Below, piece by piece: positions 38,509-46,990 of a stretch of DNA of 61,422 nucleotides. The stretch comes from Gemmatimonadales bacterium (GTDB lineage Bacteria; Gemmatimonadota; Gemmatimonadetes; Gemmatimonadales; JACORV01): assembly GCA_035623755.1 (NCBI GenBank), contig DASPSV010000110.1:1-61422 (forward strand). Direction: 5' to 3'. The notes beneath the pieces are model-generated. The model was not told the origin of the DNA and did no database searches. It saw only the letters and a list, made by a program, of their open reading frames with translations. The position numbers and the translations under genes were made by a program. Numbering within the stretch: the first letter of the stretch is position 1; each line of letters begins with the position of its first letter.

Positions 38509-39870
38509 GTGCGCGTTGCGGTCATCGGTACGGGCTACGTCGGGCTGGTCTCCGGCGTGTGCCTCGCGGAGAAGGGCCACCAGATCTGCTGCGTGGACAA
38601 CGACCAGGCCAAGGTGGACAAGATCCGGAGCGGGGTCCCGCCGTTCTTCGAGGAGGGGCTCGAGGCGCTGCTGAAGAAGCACGGCGGCAAGAACCTCACC
38701 GTCAGCGCGGACCTGCGCGCGGCGGTGCTCGACGCGGAGATGACGCTGATCGCCGTCGGCACGCCGTTCGACGGGAAGCAGATCGACCTCACCTTCGTGC
38801 GCGAGGTGGCGCGGCAGATCGGCGTCGCCCTGCGCGAGGTGAAGGGCCGCCACACCGTCGTGGTGAAGAGCACCGTGGTGCCCGGGACGACGGACGGCCC
38901 GGTGCGCGAGATCCTCGAGCGGGAATCGGGGATGAAGGCCGGCGCCGGATTCGGCCTCGGGATGAACCCCGAGTTCCTGACCGAGGGCCAGGCGATCGAG
39001 GACTTCCTCGAGCCCGACCGCATCGTGCTCGGCGGCATCGACGCCCGGACGGTGGAGGCGCTCGACCGGCTCTACGCCCCGTTCGCCGACACGCCCAAGC
39101 TGCGCACCAACTGCCGCACCGCGGAGATGATCAAGTACACGTCCAACGCGATGCTGGCGACGGCGATCTCGTTCGCCAACGAGGTCGGCAACCTGTGCGA
39201 GGCCCTCGGCGGCATCGACGTGGTGGACGTGATGGCGGGCCTGCACCTCGCGGCCTACCTGCGGCCGTTCGCCGAGCGCGCGGGCTACGTGCAGGCGCCG
39301 CTGTCGTCGTTCTACGACGCGGGCTGCGGCTTCGGCGGCAGCTGCCTGCCCAAGGACGTGAAGGCGCTGATCGTGCACGGCGAGCGCGCCGGCAGCCCGA
39401 TGCCGGTGCTGTCGGCCGTGATCGAGACCAACCTGCGGCAGCCGCACAAGGTGGAGGCGCTGCTCCGCAAGCACTTCCCCTCGCTGCAGGGCGTGCGGGT
39501 CGCGGTGCTCGGCCTGGCCTTCAAGCCCGACACCGACGACATCCGCGAGACGCCCGCCCTGCCGATCCTCCGCGACCTGCTGGCGGCGGGCGCGGCGGTG
39601 CGGGCCTACGACCCGGCCGCCGTCCCCAACGCGAAGGCCGCGCTCAAGGACGACCGGGTCGTCTTCGCGCCGTCGCTGGAGGCGTGCGTCGCCGACGCGC
39701 AGGCGATCGTGCTGGTCACCCGGTGGAAGGAGTTCCAGCGGCTGCCGGAGCTCGTGGCCGGCCGCACGCCGCCGCCGGTGGTGGTGGACGGCCGCCGGGC
39801 GCTGGACAAGAGCCGCTTCGCGCGCTACGAGGGCATCGGCCTCGGCACCCCGGGGGGGGGGCTCCCATGA
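38509..39870 (+). CDS. ugd: UDP-glucose 6-dehydrogenase
   Basis: 'VAVIGTGYVGLVSGVCLAEKGH' and 'GFGGSCLPKDV' (catalytic Cys). The GTG at 38509 directly follows the upstream TAA. Confidence 0.9.
   Translation: MRVAVIGTGYVGLVSGVCLAEKGHQICCVDNDQAKVDKIRSGVPPFFEEGLEALLKKHGGKNLTVSADLRAAVLDAEMTLIAVGTPFDGKQIDLTFVREVARQIGVALREVKGRHTVVVKSTVVPGTTDGPVREILERESGMKAGAGFGLGMNPEFLTEGQAIEDFLEPDRIVLGGIDARTVEALDRLYAPFADTPKLRTNCRTAEMIKYTSNAMLATAISFANEVGNLCEALGGIDVVDVMAGLHLAAYLRPFAERAGYVQAPLSSFYDAGCGFGGSCLPKDVKALIVHGERAGSPMPVLSAVIETNLRQPHKVEALLRKHFPSLQGVRVAVLGLAFKPDTDDIRETPALPILRDLLAAGAAVRAYDPAAVPNAKAALKDDRVVFAPSLEACVADAQAIVLVTRWKEFQRLPELVAGRTPPPVVVDGRRALDKSRFARYEGIGLGTPGGGLP
39852..39861. repeat. Homopolymer G10 at the ugd / rfbF junction
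   Basis: Read directly: 'caccc cggggggggg gctcccatga'. It encodes Pro-Gly-Gly-Gly three codons before the ugd stop and lies 6 nt upstream of the rfbF ATG. Confidence 0.95.
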
Positions 39871-40667
39871 AGGTGGTGCTGTTCTGCGGCGGGATGGGCA
39901 TGCGGTTGCGCGAGTACTCCGAGGCCGTGCCCAAGCCCATGGTCCCGGTCGGGCCGCGGCCGATCCTGTGGAACCTGATGCGCTACTACGCCCACTACGG
40001 GCACAAGGACTTCGTGCTGTGCCTCGGCCACCAGGGCGAGGTGATCAAGAACTACTTCCTCAACTACAACGAGGCGACGTCGAACGACTTCGTCCTCTCC
40101 GGCGGCGGCAAGAAGCTCGACCTGATCAACCAGGACATCCACGACTGGACCATCACCTTCGCGGACACCGGCCTGCGCTCCAACATCGGGCAGCGGCTCA
40201 AGGCGGTGGAGCGCTACCTCGAGGGCGAGGAGGTGTTCCTGGCGAACTACGCCGACGGGCTGACGAACCTGCCCCTGCCGGACGCCATCGCGCACTTCCA
40301 CCAGAAGAAGGCCCTCGCGAGCTTCATGTCCGTCCGGCCGAGCCAGAGCTTCCACGTCGTCCGGCTGCGCGACGGCGACGCGGTCGACGCCCTGGAGCAC
40401 GTGACCAAGACGGACATCTGGGTGAACGCCGGCTTCTTCACGCTGCACCACGACATCTTCCAGTACCTGCACGAGGGCGAGGAGCTGGTGTACGAGCCGT
40501 TCCAGCGCCTGATGAAGGAGGGGCGGCTCTACTCCTACAAGTACGACGGGTTCTTCCTCGCGATGGACACCTTCAAAGAGAAGCAGCAGCTCGACGAGCT
40601 GTCCGCCCAGGGGAACACGCCGTGGGAGGTCTGGAAGCGCGGGAAGACCGGCCGCGGCGCCCCATGA
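39867..40667 (+). CDS. rfbF: Glucose-1-phosphate cytidylyltransferase
   Basis: Last 266 codons of tracked ORF 36735..40667(+). The ATG at 39867 overlaps the ugd stop (ATGA). 'MKVVLFCGGMGMRLREYSEAVPKPMVPVG..PILWNLMRYYAHYGHKDFVLCLG'. Confidence 0.85.
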   Translation: MKVVLFCGGMGMRLREYSEAVPKPMVPVGPRPILWNLMRYYAHYGHKDFVLCLGHQGEVIKNYFLNYNEATSNDFVLSGGGKKLDLINQDIHDWTITFADTGLRSNIGQRLKAVERYLEGEEVFLANYADGLTNLPLPDAIAHFHQKKALASFMSVRPSQSFHVVRLRDGDAVDALEHVTKTDIWVNAGFFTLHHDIFQYLHEGEELVYEPFQRLMKEGRLYSYKYDGFFLAMDTFKEKQQLDELSAQGNTPWEVWKRGKTGRGAP

Positions 40668-41194
40668 TCTTCACCCCGACCACGATCGCCGGGGTCGTCG
40701 TCCTGGACGTGAAGCGGATCGAGGACGACCGCGGGTGGTTCGGCCGGACGTGGTGCCAGGACGAGATGCAGGAGCACGGGATCGACGCGCGGGTGGCGCA
40801 GGTGAACACGGCGCACAACCTCCGCCGCGGGACGCTGCGGGGGATGCACTTCCAGCGGGACCCCCACGCCGAGACGAAGGTGGTGCGCTGCACGCGCGGC
40901 GCGGTGTTCGACGTCGCGGTAGACCTGCGCGACGGCTCGCCCACGCGGACGCAGTGGGTGGGCGTGGAGCTCACGGCCGACAACGGCCGGATGCTGGTGA
41001 TTCCTCCGGGCTGCGCGCACGGCTACCAGACGCTCGAGGACGGCACCGACCTGATGTACCTGACGTCCGCGATGTACGCCCGCGACGCCGCGACGGGCGT
41101 GCGGCACGACGACCCCGCCTTCGGGATCCGCTGGCCGCTGCCGGTCGGCACGATCTCGCCGGCGGACGCCGGCTGGCCGCGGTTCGCGTCGTAG
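40664..41194 (+). CDS. NDP-4-keto-6-deoxyhexose 3,5-epimerase (RmlC-like cupin)
   Basis: Last 176 codons of tracked ORF 39968..41194(+). ATGA overlap with rfbF. 'DDRGWFGRTW', 'RGMHFQ', 'KVVRCTRGAVFDVAVDLR' and 'PPGCAHGYQTL'. Confidence 0.8.
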   Translation: MIFTPTTIAGVVVLDVKRIEDDRGWFGRTWCQDEMQEHGIDARVAQVNTAHNLRRGTLRGMHFQRDPHAETKVVRCTRGAVFDVAVDLRDGSPTRTQWVGVELTADNGRMLVIPPGCAHGYQTLEDGTDLMYLTSAMYARDAATGVRHDDPAFGIRWPLPVGTISPADAGWPRFAS

Positions 41195-41256
41195 CGCCGC
41201 CCGGCCGCGGCGCCGGGCGCTCCCTGCTCGCTTCTTTCGGTCGAGGACGCTGAGGC

Positions 41257-42540
41257 ATGGTCATCGTCGATACAGCTCTCGAGGCCCGCCAGGCGGCGGG
41301 CAAGCCGGTCCGGGTCGGCCTGGTGGGCGCCGGGGTCATGGGGCGCATGATCGCGCTCCAGTTCCTCACCCCGCTCACCGGGCTCCGGCTCGTGGCGGTC
41401 GCGAACCGCACCCTGGCCCGCGCGCAGCAGGCGTACCGCGAGGGCGGCGTGCCCGAGACCGTCACCGTGACGTCCGCCGCCGCGCTCGAGGGCGCGATCG
41501 AGCGGAACGCCTTCGCCGTCACCGACGACGCGCGCCTGCTGTGCCAGGCGGGCAACCTGGACGTGATCATCGACGCGACCGGCGCGGTGGAGCTCGGCGC
41601 CGGCATCGCGCTCGACGCCATCCGGCACCGCAAGCACGTGGTGCTGGTCAACGCCGAGCTCGACTCGACCCTCGGGCCGATCCTCAAGACGCACGCCGAC
41701 CGCGCCGGCGTGGTCATCACCAACACCGACGGCGACGAGCCCGGCGTGGCGATGAACCTGCTGCGCTACCTCCGCACCCTGGGGCTCAAGCCCGTGGCGG
41801 CCGGCAACCTCAAGGGCATGATCGATGTCTACCGGACCCCGGAGACGCAGAAGGGGTTCGCCGAGAAGTACGGCCAGAACCCCGCGATCGTCACCTCGTT
41901 CGCCGACGGCACCAAGCTGGCGATGGAGGAGACCATCCTCGCCAACGCCTCGGGGTTCCGCGTCGGCAAGCGCGGGATGCACGGGCCGAAGTGCGCCCAC
42001 GTGAACGAGATCGCGGGCCTCCTGCCGGCCGAGCAGATGCTGGAGGGCGGGCTGGTGGACTACGCCCTGGGTGCGGCGCCCTACACCGGGGCGTTCGTGG
42101 TGGTGCACGAGACGCACCCCGTCAAGCAGAAGCACCTCGCCTACCTCAAGATGGGCGACGGGCCGTTCTACGTGTTCTACACGCCCTTCCACCTCCCGCA
42201 CGTGCAGGTGCCGTCCACCGCGGCGCGCGCCGCGCTGTTCGGCGACGCCACCACCGCCCCGCTCGCGGGCCCGGCCACCGAGGTGATCGCGGTGGCGAAG
42301 AAGGACCTGGCCAGGGGCGAGACGCTCGACGGCGTCGGGGGCTTCGCCGCCTACGGCGTCATCGAGAACAGCCCGGTGGCGCGGCGCGAGGGCCTGCTGC
42401 CGATGGGCCTGGCCGAGGGCTGCGTGGCCCAGCGCGCGGTGGCGAAGGACAGCCCGATCCGCCTGGCCGACGTCCAGCGGCCGGCGGGACGGCTGTGCGA
42501 CACGCTGTACGCGGAGCAGTGCGAGCGGTTCCCGAGCTGA
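41257..42540 (+). CDS. NAD(P)-dependent oxidoreductase with a C-terminal SAF domain (homoserine-dehydrogenase-like, COG4091-type)
   Basis: 'VRVGLVGAGVMGR' Rossmann motif. 'TNTDGDEPGV'. C-terminal 'AKKDLARGETLDGVGG' (SAF-like). Confidence 0.7.
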   Translation: MVIVDTALEARQAAGKPVRVGLVGAGVMGRMIALQFLTPLTGLRLVAVANRTLARAQQAYREGGVPETVTVTSAAALEGAIERNAFAVTDDARLLCQAGNLDVIIDATGAVELGAGIALDAIRHRKHVVLVNAELDSTLGPILKTHADRAGVVITNTDGDEPGVAMNLLRYLRTLGLKPVAAGNLKGMIDVYRTPETQKGFAEKYGQNPAIVTSFADGTKLAMEETILANASGFRVGKRGMHGPKCAHVNEIAGLLPAEQMLEGGLVDYALGAAPYTGAFVVVHETHPVKQKHLAYLKMGDGPFYVFYTPFHLPHVQVPSTAARAALFGDATTAPLAGPATEVIAVAKKDLARGETLDGVGGFAAYGVIENSPVARREGLLPMGLAEGCVAQRAVAKDSPIRLADVQRPAGRLCDTLYAEQCERFPS

Positions 42541-42586
42541 TCGCCGCCAGCGCCTCCCGGACGAGGCGCCCACGAGGAGCGTCACC

Positions 42587-43894
42587 ATGGGTTTCGAGAA
42601 GTCGCTGCGCCTGCGGCCCCGCTTCAACGAGCTGATCCCGGGCGGGTGCCACACCTACGCCAAGGGCGACGACCAGTTCCCCGAGTCCTGCGCGCCGTAC
42701 ATCGTGCGCGGCAAGGGCTCGCACCTCTGGGACGTGGACGGCAACGAGTACATCGAGTACGGGATGGGCCTGCGCTCGGTGACCCTCGGGCACGCCTGGC
42801 CGTCGGTGGTCGAAGCCGCCTACGCCCAGATGCAGCTGGGCAACAACTACAACCGCCCCGCCCCGATCGAGCTGGAGGCCGCCGAGGACCTGCTCGGCTT
42901 CATCCCCGGCGCGGAGATGGTGAAGTTCGCCAAGAACGGATCCGACGTCCTGAACGGCGCGGTGCGGCTGGCGCGCGCGCACACCGGCCGCGACCTGATC
43001 GCCATCTGCGCCGAGCACCCGTTCTTCTCGGTGGAGGACTGGTTCATCGGGACGACGGCCATCAACGCCGGCATCCCCCAGGTCATCAAGGACCTGACGG
43101 TGAAGTTCCACTACAACGACATCGCCAGCGTGAAGGCGATGTTCGAGGCGCACCGGGGGAAGATCGCCTGCGTGATCCTCGAGGCGGAGCGCGAGACGCC
43201 GCCGAAGGACGGCTTCCTGCACGCGCTGCAGCAGGAGTGCCGCGCGAACGGCACCGTCTTCGTCCTCGACGAGATGATCACCGGGTTCCGGTGGGACAAC
43301 GGCGGCGCGCAGAAGGTGCACGGCATCGTGCCGGACCTCTCGACCTTCGGCAAGGCGATCGCCAACGGCTTCTCGCTCGGCGCCCTGGTGGGCAAGCGGG
43401 AGCTGATGGAGGTGGGCGGGCTGCACCACAAGAAGGAAAGGGTGTGGCTGCTGTCCCTGACCCACGGCGCCGAGAACCACTCGCTGGCGGCGGCGCGGGC
43501 CACGATGCAGGTGTACCGCACCGAGCCGGTGATCGAGACGCTGCGCGTCCGGGGCGAGCAGCTGCGCGCGGGCGTCGAGAAGTCGGTCGCCGAGCTGAAG
43601 CTCGACGGCTACTTCGGGGTGATGGGGAAGGCCTGCTGCCTGCTGTACTTCACCCGCGACCCGGAGAAGAAGCCCTCGCAGCCGTTCCGCACGCTGTTCC
43701 TGCAGGAGACGATCAAGCGCGGGCTGCTGGCCCCGCAGCTCATCATGAGCTACTCGCACAGCGAGGCAGACATCCGCCGCACGGTCGAGGCGATCCACGA
43801 GGCGCTGGTGATCTACCGCAAGGCGCTGGACGAGGGCGTCGACAAGTACCTGGTCGGCCGCCCCGTGGCGCCGGTCTACCGGAAGTTCAACTGA
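42587..43894 (+). CDS. Class-III PLP aminotransferase (glutamate-1-semialdehyde aminomutase-like)
   Basis: 'GSHLWDVDGNEYIEYGMG', 'FVLDEMITGFR' and 'DLSTFGKAIANGF' (PLP lysine). GAGGAG lies 9 nt upstream of the ATG. Confidence 0.8.
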   Translation: MGFEKSLRLRPRFNELIPGGCHTYAKGDDQFPESCAPYIVRGKGSHLWDVDGNEYIEYGMGLRSVTLGHAWPSVVEAAYAQMQLGNNYNRPAPIELEAAEDLLGFIPGAEMVKFAKNGSDVLNGAVRLARAHTGRDLIAICAEHPFFSVEDWFIGTTAINAGIPQVIKDLTVKFHYNDIASVKAMFEAHRGKIACVILEAERETPPKDGFLHALQQECRANGTVFVLDEMITGFRWDNGGAQKVHGIVPDLSTFGKAIANGFSLGALVGKRELMEVGGLHHKKERVWLLSLTHGAENHSLAAARATMQVYRTEPVIETLRVRGEQLRAGVEKSVAELKLDGYFGVMGKACCLLYFTRDPEKKPSQPFRTLFLQETIKRGLLAPQLIMSYSHSEADIRRTVEAIHEALVIYRKALDEGVDKYLVGRPVAPVYRKFN

Positions 43895-43940
43895 CCGGGC
43901 GCGCCGCCGGCCGCCGGCCGGCGTCCCGGACCGCGGAACC

Positions 43941-45509
43941 GTGACGACACCCGCCGGCGCCGCGCCCGCCGGCCAGCGCGTGACGCGGCCCCGGACCGCC
44001 CGCAACGTGCTGCTCGCGTGGGCGGCCTTCGCGTTCACGGTCGGCGTCAACTTCTTCCTCTCCCCGTTCATCGTCCACACGCTCGGCAACGCCGAGTACG
44101 GCGTGTGGGTGCTGCTCGGCTCGCTGGTCGGCTACATGGGGCTGCTGGACCTCGGCGTCCGCAGCGCCGTGTCCCGCTACATCGCGCGCCACCACGCCCG
44201 GGTCGAGGACGCGGAGGCCGGCCGGGTCGCCTCGGCGGGCCTGGCGATCTTCTCCGCCACCGGCGCCGTCGCGATCGCCGCCTCGGCGGTGATCGCGGTG
44301 CTGCTGCCCCACCTGTTCAAGATCCCGGAGGAGATGCTGGGGATCGCGCGGGTGGTGGTGGTGCTCGGCGGCGTCAACGTCGCGCTGTCGCTGGTGAGCG
44401 GGGTGTTCGGCGGGGCCGTGACCGCGATGCAGCGGTTCGACCTCGACGCGATCGTGGGCATCGGCATCGGGGCGCTGCGGGCCGTGGTGCTGGTGGCGAC
44501 GCTGAGCGCGGGCGGCGGGCTGCTGGCGCTGGCGCTGGTGCAGCTGGGCTGCACGCTGCTCCAGGGCCTGGTGTCGTTCGTGATCACCTCGCGCCTGTAC
44601 CCGGAGCTGCACTACCGCTTCCGCGGCCTCGACCGCGCCGAGGTGCGCAAGATCTTCGCGTTCAGCATCTACTCCAGCCTCATCAGCCTGTCGTCGGTGC
44701 TGATCTTCTCGGTCGACTCCATCGTCATCAGCACCTGGCTGCCGGTCGCCATGGTCACGTTCTTCGCGATCGCCTCGGCGCTCATGGACTACACGCGCTC
44801 GATCCTCCAGGCGATCTCCCAGACGATGACGCCGCGGGCGAGCGCCCTCGAGGGCCTCGGCGCCCACAAGGAGCTGGAGCGGGTGCTGCTGCAGGCCGGG
44901 ATGGTCTGCTCGCTCGTGGCCCTCCCCATCACCATCACGTTCATGCTGCGGGGCCACGCGTTCATCGAGATGTGGATGGGCCGGAGCTACGCGGAGACCT
45001 CCGGCGAGATCCTGCAGATCCTGTCCGTGGCGCTCTCGCTGGCGGCAGGGCGGCAGGTGGTGGGCAGCACGATGATCGGCCTCAACCGCCACCGCGACCT
45101 GGTGCCGTTCTACGTCACCGAGGGGATCGTGAACGTGGGCGTCAGCCTGTACTGGGTGCGCAGCCTCGGACTGGTGGGCGTCGCCCTCGGCACGGCGATC
45201 CCGAACCTCGTGACCACGCTGCTGGTGGCGCCGTGGGCCGTGCACCGGGTGCTCGGCACGCCGGTGCGGACCCTGGTGACGGCGCTGTGGCTGCGCCCGC
45301 TCGCCGCGATGATCCCGTTCGCCGCCGCGACCTGGGCGGTGCAGCGCTGGGCCCCCGCCCACCATCTGGCGCTCTTCTTCGGCAGCATCGCCCTCACGCT
45401 GCCGATCGCGGCCGCCGGCGCGTGGACCATCGCGATCCCCGCCGCCGACCGCGCAACCCTCGCCGCCTCGCTGCGCCGGCTGGCGCGCTCCGCCCTGGGG
45501 CGCGGCTAG
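43941..45509 (+). CDS. wzx: Polysaccharide flippase (MOP superfamily, Wzx-like), paralog 1
   Basis: 522 aa with about 12-14 TM helices. 'NFFLSPFIVHTLGNAEYGVWVLLGSLVGYMGLLDLGV'. GTG start. The stop overlaps the convergent pyruvyl transferase stop (CTAG). Confidence 0.75.
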   Translation: MTTPAGAAPAGQRVTRPRTARNVLLAWAAFAFTVGVNFFLSPFIVHTLGNAEYGVWVLLGSLVGYMGLLDLGVRSAVSRYIARHHARVEDAEAGRVASAGLAIFSATGAVAIAASAVIAVLLPHLFKIPEEMLGIARVVVVLGGVNVALSLVSGVFGGAVTAMQRFDLDAIVGIGIGALRAVVLVATLSAGGGLLALALVQLGCTLLQGLVSFVITSRLYPELHYRFRGLDRAEVRKIFAFSIYSSLISLSSVLIFSVDSIVISTWLPVAMVTFFAIASALMDYTRSILQAISQTMTPRASALEGLGAHKELERVLLQAGMVCSLVALPITITFMLRGHAFIEMWMGRSYAETSGEILQILSVALSLAAGRQVVGSTMIGLNRHRDLVPFYVTEGIVNVGVSLYWVRSLGLVGVALGTAIPNLVTTLLVAPWAVHRVLGTPVRTLVTALWLRPLAAMIPFAAATWAVQRWAPAHHLALFFGSIALTLPIAAAGAWTIAIPAADRATLAASLRRLARSALGRG

Positions 45510-46861
45510 AGGAGCTGCGGGGCGACCTGCGGCAGGCCCAGGCCCGATCGGGTCTTCGGCGTGCGGGTCGCCAGCTCGAGCAGGTGCTCGTACTGGGCCA
45601 TCAGGTCCGTCAGGTCGCGTCCGCGCCGCCGGGCGAGCCCGTCGCGCACCGCCGGCAGGTCCGCCGCGAGGTCGTTCACGCGCTCGAGCAGCGCGCCCCC
45701 GGTGAGTCCCTCGATCGGCAGGCACCACGATCCGAGGCCGAAGTGCTCCATGAGGTCGCGCGTCTTGGGGTGGTACGCGACGGCGACGGCAGGGACGCCG
45801 GACGCGAGCGCCAGCAGGACGCCGTGGTAGCGCGTGGCGACCACCACGTCGAACGTCGCGACCCGGTCGAGCAGGTGCGTCACCTCGGTGAGGTCGGCGG
45901 CCGTCTCCACGGCGCCCGCCGCCGCCCGATCGACGGCCTCGAGGCGGGCGACGACGTCCCGGATCGGCTCCGGATCCATCATCAGCTGGGTGCCGAACAG
46001 CACCACGCGCCATCCCTGCCCCACCAGCCCCCGCGCCAGGTCCGCGTGCGCCGCCACGTACCGCTCGTACGGCGTGCGGTCGTGGAGCTGCCACGCGGCC
46101 CCGCCGTAGATCGAGAGCGGGTTGATGCCGACGCAGGGCGCCCGGCCAGGCTGTGGCGGCGGCCCGGCGGCGGCGAGCCCCGGGTGGCTGAACGCCAGGT
46201 CGCGCACCAGCAGGTTGGGCTCGGGCGCGCCGAGGCCGCGAGCGACCGCGAGCGAGGTCGGATCACGGAACGACCGGTGCGCGGTGAGGCGCAGGGCCAA
46301 GCGGAGGAACAGGCGCCCCAACCAGGTGTCGGCCGGGCCGGCGCCCATGCTGGCGACGCTCACCGCCGCGCCGCGCAGGCGGGCGAGGATCGACCACCGC
46401 AGGATGGTCAGGGGATAGGCGAACGCGCCGCCGACGTCGTCGCTCAGCTGGGCGGAGCCCGCGAACACCGCGACCCGGACGTGCCGCAGGCGCCGGAACG
46501 ACCGGACGTCGAACGCCACCTCGCGCCACGCGGCCCTCGCCGCGCGCCCGGCGCGCACCGCGGGACGCAGCGCGGCCCTGAGCCACCGGATCCGCCGCAC
46601 GCCGCCCGCGATCCCGCCGGCCCAGGGCCGCGCCCCGCGGGGGGAGACCTCGGCGCCGCCGGGCTCCCGTTCCGGACGGATCGGGAACGACCGCACGCCG
46701 TGACGCGCGACGGTGTCCCTGGGGTTCGCGGTGAACGCCACCACCTTCAGGCCGGGCGCCAGCGCGCGCAGCCGGGCGATCACGGCGGCGACGATCGCCT
46801 CGTCGCCGAGATTGCCGTTGCCGACGTGGCCCAGGATCGCGATGTGCAGCGCCGGGTGCAT
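45506..46861 (-). CDS. Polysaccharide pyruvyl transferase (CsaB/WcaK family)
   Basis: 'IAILGHVGNGNLGDEAI' and 'VVATRYHGVLLALASGVPAVAVAYHPKTRDLME'. ATG at 46861. Confidence 0.8.
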   Translation of the reverse strand: MHPALHIAILGHVGNGNLGDEAIVAAVIARLRALAPGLKVVAFTANPRDTVARHGVRSFPIRPEREPGGAEVSPRGARPWAGGIAGGVRRIRWLRAALRPAVRAGRAARAAWREVAFDVRSFRRLRHVRVAVFAGSAQLSDDVGGAFAYPLTILRWSILARLRGAAVSVASMGAGPADTWLGRLFLRLALRLTAHRSFRDPTSLAVARGLGAPEPNLLVRDLAFSHPGLAAAGPPPQPGRAPCVGINPLSIYGGAAWQLHDRTPYERYVAAHADLARGLVGQGWRVVLFGTQLMMDPEPIRDVVARLEAVDRAAAGAVETAADLTEVTHLLDRVATFDVVVATRYHGVLLALASGVPAVAVAYHPKTRDLMEHFGLGSWCLPIEGLTGGALLERVNDLAADLPAVRDGLARRRGRDLTDLMAQYEHLLELATRTPKTRSGLGLPQVAPQLL

Positions 46862-46990
46862 GTGCCAGCCGACCCCTCGCGGAAGTGGGCACTCATCCTA
46901 ACCCGGAAACCCCAGCCGCAGCAACGGCGATTGTGTATCGGGCCCGTCACGGCCCTAGCGGGGCTCCACGGCGGGAGTTAGGGTGCTTCC

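Noticed and set aside
35407-39474. 1355-aa minus-strand ORF
   Set aside because: It is antisense to five plus-strand genes with clear family signatures (PIG-L, GT2, SDR, ugd). The composition is Arg/Gly/Ala/Pro/His-rich junk with no motifs.
36735-39866. N-terminal ~1040 codons of tracked ORF 36735..40667(+)
   Set aside because: It is out of frame with GT2, the SDR and ugd, which have strong motifs. Only the last 266 codons (rfbF, from the ATG at 39867) look like a real protein. The same applies to the N-terminal parts of ORFs 6989..10165, 10168..12054, 10971..12869, 26477..30061, 27364..31224, 33522..35891, 39968..41194, 46885..50016, 50059..53745, 52194..55544, 55716..57533, 56972..59482, 58204..60039 and 58995..60512.
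43887-46981. ORFs 43887..46094(-) and 44018..46981(+)
   Set aside because: They overlap wzx-1 and the pyruvyl transferase in wrong frames or strands, with a junk composition.
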